From: Piromyces finnis finn | Lineage: Eukaryota; Fungi; Neocallimastigomycota | Direction of reading: 5' to 3' | Assembly (NCBI GenBank): GCA_002104945.1 | Contig: MCFH01000001.1 | Location: forward strand, 1,426,001 to 1,490,000 | Length of the DNA: 64,000 nucleotides | Shown here: positions 59,206 to 64,000 of the stretch, piece by piece | How positions within the stretch are numbered: the stretch's first letter is position 1 | How the letters are laid out: each line of letters starts with the position of its first letter | Position numbers and translations under genes: made by a program | Notes under the pieces: model-generated | What the model saw: only the letters and a program-made list of their open reading frames with translations | What the model was told of the DNA's origin: nothing | The model's database searches: none

Positions 59206-61267
59206 TTAATTATATATTCCTTTTTGTTTTTTAAGTGCACTTTGTCTTGCTACTTCTTTAGCATTATTAGTAGGCTCAGCATAATGAACTTTATAAGTTG
59301 TAGCTGTTAATTCATAATATGAGCCAGCTAAAAAAAAAAAAAAGAAAAAAAGAATTAAAATCATTATTTTGAAAGTGTTAATATATATTACAAGAATTCG
59401 TTTTTTATTTTTTTATTTTTTTTTCTATTTTAATGAAACAAACAAATAAATAAAAAAAAAAAAAAATACTTACTCATTGGAAGTTCTCCTAATACAGTAT
59501 TTCCAATATAATAATGATTTTCTTCATCTTCAATTGTGAAGTATTTTTGATCTTTTCCTTCTCCATAGGAAGTATAAATTAAATCAGGATTACTTAATAA
59601 TTCTCCAATTCTTAATTCCTCAGCTTCTTCTTTTGGATCTTGAGCAATTAAACTACCGTCAAGTCTACTAACATCTTCGTAATCAGTTGGAGTATAAAGA
59701 ATTTCATCATATTCATTTCTTTTGATTATTAATTATTTAATATAATTAATAAAATATTGATAAAGATATTTATAATTATAAATTTAATTAGACTTACGTA
59801 GCTCTCTTAAGGAACCATGTAGCAATATTAATAGCACTTCTGCCTAATCCTTGTTTCATTACATAATAAGCTCTCTTTTTATTATTACCAACGTTATTAC
59901 CTCTAATAGCTGGATAAAATACAACAGTTGGATATTCTAAATGGTGATTATTATTATTAATATTAAAATATATATATTTATAAATTTAAATATATTTAAG
60001 TTAATTTATATTATTATTTATATTATTTATTTATATTTCATTAAATCATTTTTAAATATTCACCAAGTAAATTTCTCCAAGGAGAAAAATCTGGAATATT
60101 TTGAGTTTCTGCTTCAAATTGACCTATGGTTAATTTATGACGTTGATCAATGTATCTCTTAGCTAAGACTTGGAATGATTTCATAACCTAGCGAAATACG
60201 AAATAGTTGAAATTATATGTATATTATTTTAATTAATAAATATATATTTCATGACTATTAATATAAATGAGATTTAAATAAAAAAAATTTATAATTTTAT
60301 TTACTTCTTGAGAGTATGGACAGTCACTTTTGTAATATAATACAAGAACATCAGTTTTTGGACTTAAAACAACACTTTCATAAATATTTGGTCTAACTTC
60401 AGTTACATAATCAGTAAATTCCCAGTTCATTTCTTCCGATCTCCATAAGAATTCTGGATCAATTAAAGAAGATTGATAACTTCTAATAAAATAATCAATA
60501 TTTTCGAAATTTATTTCATCTTCTGGTCCTAAAACAGCTTCTTGGCGATAGACGGATTGAATTGATTTAGAAACAATAATAAATTTTGATAATAATTCTG
60601 GATTATGCATATTTAATGGGTTTTCATTTAAATTAATATATTTAACATAAAATCCTGTGAAGTATTTAATAGCTAATTCTTGCATAAGTTGAATCTTTGC
60701 AATCTTATCATCTTCATCAGCATAGAAATATAAGATATAGTTGTAATTAAAATCAATAATATTACCCTCAAATTCATCAACATATGGTTTTAAAGCTTTT
60801 AAACATAATTTTCTAATGTTGAACATTCCCGAACCTTTAATTTTATCGAATGGAATTGGATAACTATGTCCTTGTTTATATAATACTATTCCTGGATTAT
60901 TAATTTGAGCACCAGATTTTTCAGTGGCCCATTTATTACTTTCTGGGTCGTTAGTATAAATGAAATTTAAATTAGATTCTGCTTGTAAAGATGTAGCAAG
61001 TCCATAGAAGTAACTATATTCTTTATTTTTATCATCATCTAAATAAGCAACAACAACAATCTCATTATTGTCAATGAAATCTTTAATTTCTTCAGAATTT
61101 AAATGTTTTACATATTCAGTTTTAATAGTTTGTTGTTCTTGTGGTGCTGTTTCAGTTACGTATTCAGTTACAACCTCATATTGAATTTCAGATACTTTTT
61201 CATCTTGGGAAAAAACAAATTGGAAAATGCAAAGAAATGCCAATATGGCAATATAAAATTTATTCAT
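59206..61267 (-). CDS. Secreted/ER protein disulfide isomerase-like thioredoxin-fold protein with a single CxxS motif
   Basis: Signal peptide MNKFYIAILAFLCIFQFVFS, b/b'-like domains (IKDFIDNNEIVVVAYL; PGIVLYK), then VLSPKTDVLVLYYKSDCPYSQE|VMKSFQVLAKRY...EYPTVVFYPA. Five exons; ends KKQKGIYN*. Confidence 0.8.
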
Positions 61268-61323
61268 TTTATCTTCTTATTCTTTTTATTAATATATCTT
61301 TTTTATTTTTGTTTATTTTATTA

Positions 61324-61354
<31 letters not shown>

Positions 61355-63481
61355 TTATTTTTATTCTTTCTTTTTTGATTATTTTTAAAATTTTATATTT
61401 TATTTCAATAACAATAAAAAGAAATTTACTTTATTATTAATGTTCTTATTAAATATTAATAGAAAAAAAAACCCAGTTTTTTTTTGTATTAAATATTTCT
61501 AGTATTATTGAATATAAAAAATAAAAAAAAATAAGTTAATTATATTTAATAATTATATATATATATATATAATTTAACATATACTTTTATAAAATTTAAA
61601 ATTTACTTTTATTGTTATTAACTATTTTTCGTTTTATATAGATAAATAAATGATATTTTATTATAAAAAATAAAATATTAAATTTTATTATTTTAAGAAT
61701 AAATTATAGTTAAAAAAAAAAAAAAATTTTTTATTTGTAAATTATTATTTATATGTAATATTCTTTATAAATTAATTAAAATAATACAAAATTTTTGTAT
61801 ATAAATATATAGCATATATAATCGTTTATTAATAAATAAAGTTTGTATTTAAGACATAATTGATATATTAAATTATTACAAAAAAATAAGAAATAAAACC
61901 CTTTGATAATGATATAATAAAAAAAATATTCAACTTTATTGATTACCTTTTTTTATTTTTAACCACTATATTGGATTTTAGAAGGCAGGCAACTACTGAA
62001 TAATAATACTTTTTAGTAATTATGGAGGTTTATATAATACTTATATTTATTGTTACATATCAATATTAAATTTGATATATTATAAAATATAGAATTATTT
62101 ATGAATAGCCAATCACTTGATTAGTTATTACTTATGTATTGTAAATTAATTCATAAATTTTCCAATAACAATATTAAAAAAATGAATTATACACAATCAT
62201 AATAATAATACTTTCTTTTTCTATGAAAATCAAATAAATTAATAAAATAATAATATTTTCATATTTTCATATTATTGATTATTAAAAATTTAGATTAAAT
62301 AATATGGATTTAAGTTACACAATGTTATTATAATTATAATTAAATAGAATTAGGTTTTTTTATTTGTATTATCAGTAAGAAAATGCCATATTTATAATGA
62401 TAGAAAAAGTATGATATAATGTGAAACACATTATTGTTTTAAAATATGTAATATTTAATTTACTATTGTAGTACATAGATATCATTATAATCAAAAAGAA
62501 TAATAATAAATAATATATAATTAATAATAATGTTATTCCTTTAAATATAAACAGTTTTTTATATTATTAATAATTTTTTTGGAAAACATTATAAGTAATA
62601 AATATATAATATCTTTTTTTAATTTTCTTTTATTTAAATAAAGAAAATTTTGAATTAAAATAAGAGAAAGAAGTAATGACTAGTTTTAATTTGTATTAAA
62701 GATTATGGTAATATTTCCATAAAAATTTTAATTTATAACCTAATATATACTTTGAAATGATTGGATGTGAAAGTTACACGAAATCGTAATACAAATTTTA
62801 AATATTAGTAAAATTATGATTTTACTTTTTACTTCATTTTACATTACTTCTTTATTGATAATAAAAGAATCTAACAAAAGTTAATGATTATTTTTATTTT
62901 TTTTTGTCGGTAGTTTAAATTGAAAATATTCAATTAATAAATTGTCATTATTATAATTTCTGCATATTAAAAATACCAACGTCTATTATATTTAATAATT
63001 GAATAAGAAATCTTTCAAATAATTATACTAAAATGTTTTTTTAAATATAATTATTTAATTATTTAAAAAAGAGTTACACGAGCGAAAATTTTATATAGTT
63101 TATCATAAATTGTTTTATTTGTTTCTTTATAAAAATATCAATTATTTTATGAAATAATGGTGAAGTATAATACTTTACATATTAAAAAGACTCACATTTT
63201 TATATTATAATCTTAATAAAACAAAGAGGAAATATCAATTATTTTCAGTAGATGAATTTATAGTGTCATATATAAATTTTTGAAAAAATCGGAAAATTTT
63301 TACATTTTAATATAATATAATATATTGTTAGAATTTTATATAAAAAAAAATAAGTTTTTTTTTTTTTTTTAAAAAAAAATTTGATTTAATATTAAAAGAA
63401 AAAATAAAAATAAAAAATAAAATAAAATCATATAGCAAATAAAGTTATTTTAATTAATTTCTAATATTATATATAAATGAA

Positions 63482-64000
63482 ATGTTAAATAAAAAGATAC
63501 TTATATTATATCAAATATTACAATGTGTAAATGCCATCTATGCAATAGTATGGGATAAACAAAAAGTGTTAGAAATTGATGTAGAGAAATATAGAGGTGT
63601 TGGTGTAGATGATTGTCCTGAATATAGTCAAGGCTATATATTTTCAAATGAATGGTGTAATTATAGCTTTTATTGTAAAGATGATCTTTGTGCAACAAGT
63701 AATAAAGACAATATAATTCAATTTAATAATAACAATAATAATAATACTATTCAAGAATATATAGTTGATGTGTGTGACCAAAATAATCCTGAGATTAATG
63801 AATGTTATCAAAAGGTTCCATGCAAATCTGATAATCATTGCCTTTCAAATAAATGTTTAAATTCAGTATGCATTGTAAATGATAATTCACCTGTAATTAA
63901 ATGTATGGACAATTATCGTTATGATTATTTTTCTTTCAAAGGTAGAGGAAAGATATATTGTGGTTTATCAGATGGTGAATATTGCAAAGAGAATCGTGAA
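63482..64000 (+). CDS. Cys-rich secreted protein of a gut-fungal expanded family (Dickkopf-N-like cysteine pattern), truncated by the window end
   Basis: Open 173-codon frame missed by the ORF track because it has no stop: MLNKKILILYQILQCVNAIYA (signal-like)...CPEYS...CNYSFYCKDDLC...CKSDNHCLSNKCLNSVCIVNDNSPVIKC...IYCGLSDGEYC. Confidence 0.8.
   Translation, partial: MLNKKILILYQILQCVNAIYAIVWDKQKVLEIDVEKYRGVGVDDCPEYSQGYIFSNEWCNYSFYCKDDLCATSNKDNIIQFNNNNNNNTIQEYIVDVCDQNNPEINECYQKVPCKSDNHCLSNKCLNSVCIVNDNSPVIKCMDNYRYDYFSFKGRGKIYCGLSDGEYCKENRE

Noticed and set aside
47249-61267. Calreticulin and a PDI-like gene about 10 kb apart as a possible ER-folding cluster
   Set aside because: Unrelated genes and transposon debris lie between them, and two genes do not show clustering.

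Overview
Extremely AT-rich, intron-dense eukaryotic DNA, most consistent with an anaerobic gut fungus (Neocallimastigomycota). This is inferred from composition, short GT-AG introns, gene content and a lineage-typical Cys-rich secreted gene. The ORF track fragments every gene, so I rebuilt exons by reading splice sites by hand. I find 12 protein genes: an RGS-C1-HR1-RA-DH-PH RhoGEF, MGR2/ROMO1, a Zn2Cys6 factor, the minor-spliceosome protein U11-48K (SNRNP48), ATG11, an Sfp1-like C2H2 factor, an R3H protein, a tail-anchored coiled-coil (possibly KASH-like) protein, calreticulin, a multi-EF-hand protein, a PDI-like protein, and a Cys-rich secreted protein cut by the window end. There is also an unannotated cluster of three box C/D snoRNAs (snR57, snR55, snR61 homologues). 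They sit in successive introns of a non-coding host whose first two snoRNA introns appear to abut at an AG|GT junction (a candidate zero-length exon). Other elements are a nest of non-LTR retroelement fragments with a clean 14-bp TSD, two tiny poly(A) retroposed insertions, microsatellites and a ~15 kb gene desert. No CRISPR array, tRNA or rRNA gene was seen. All homology calls come from motif recognition, not from database searches.
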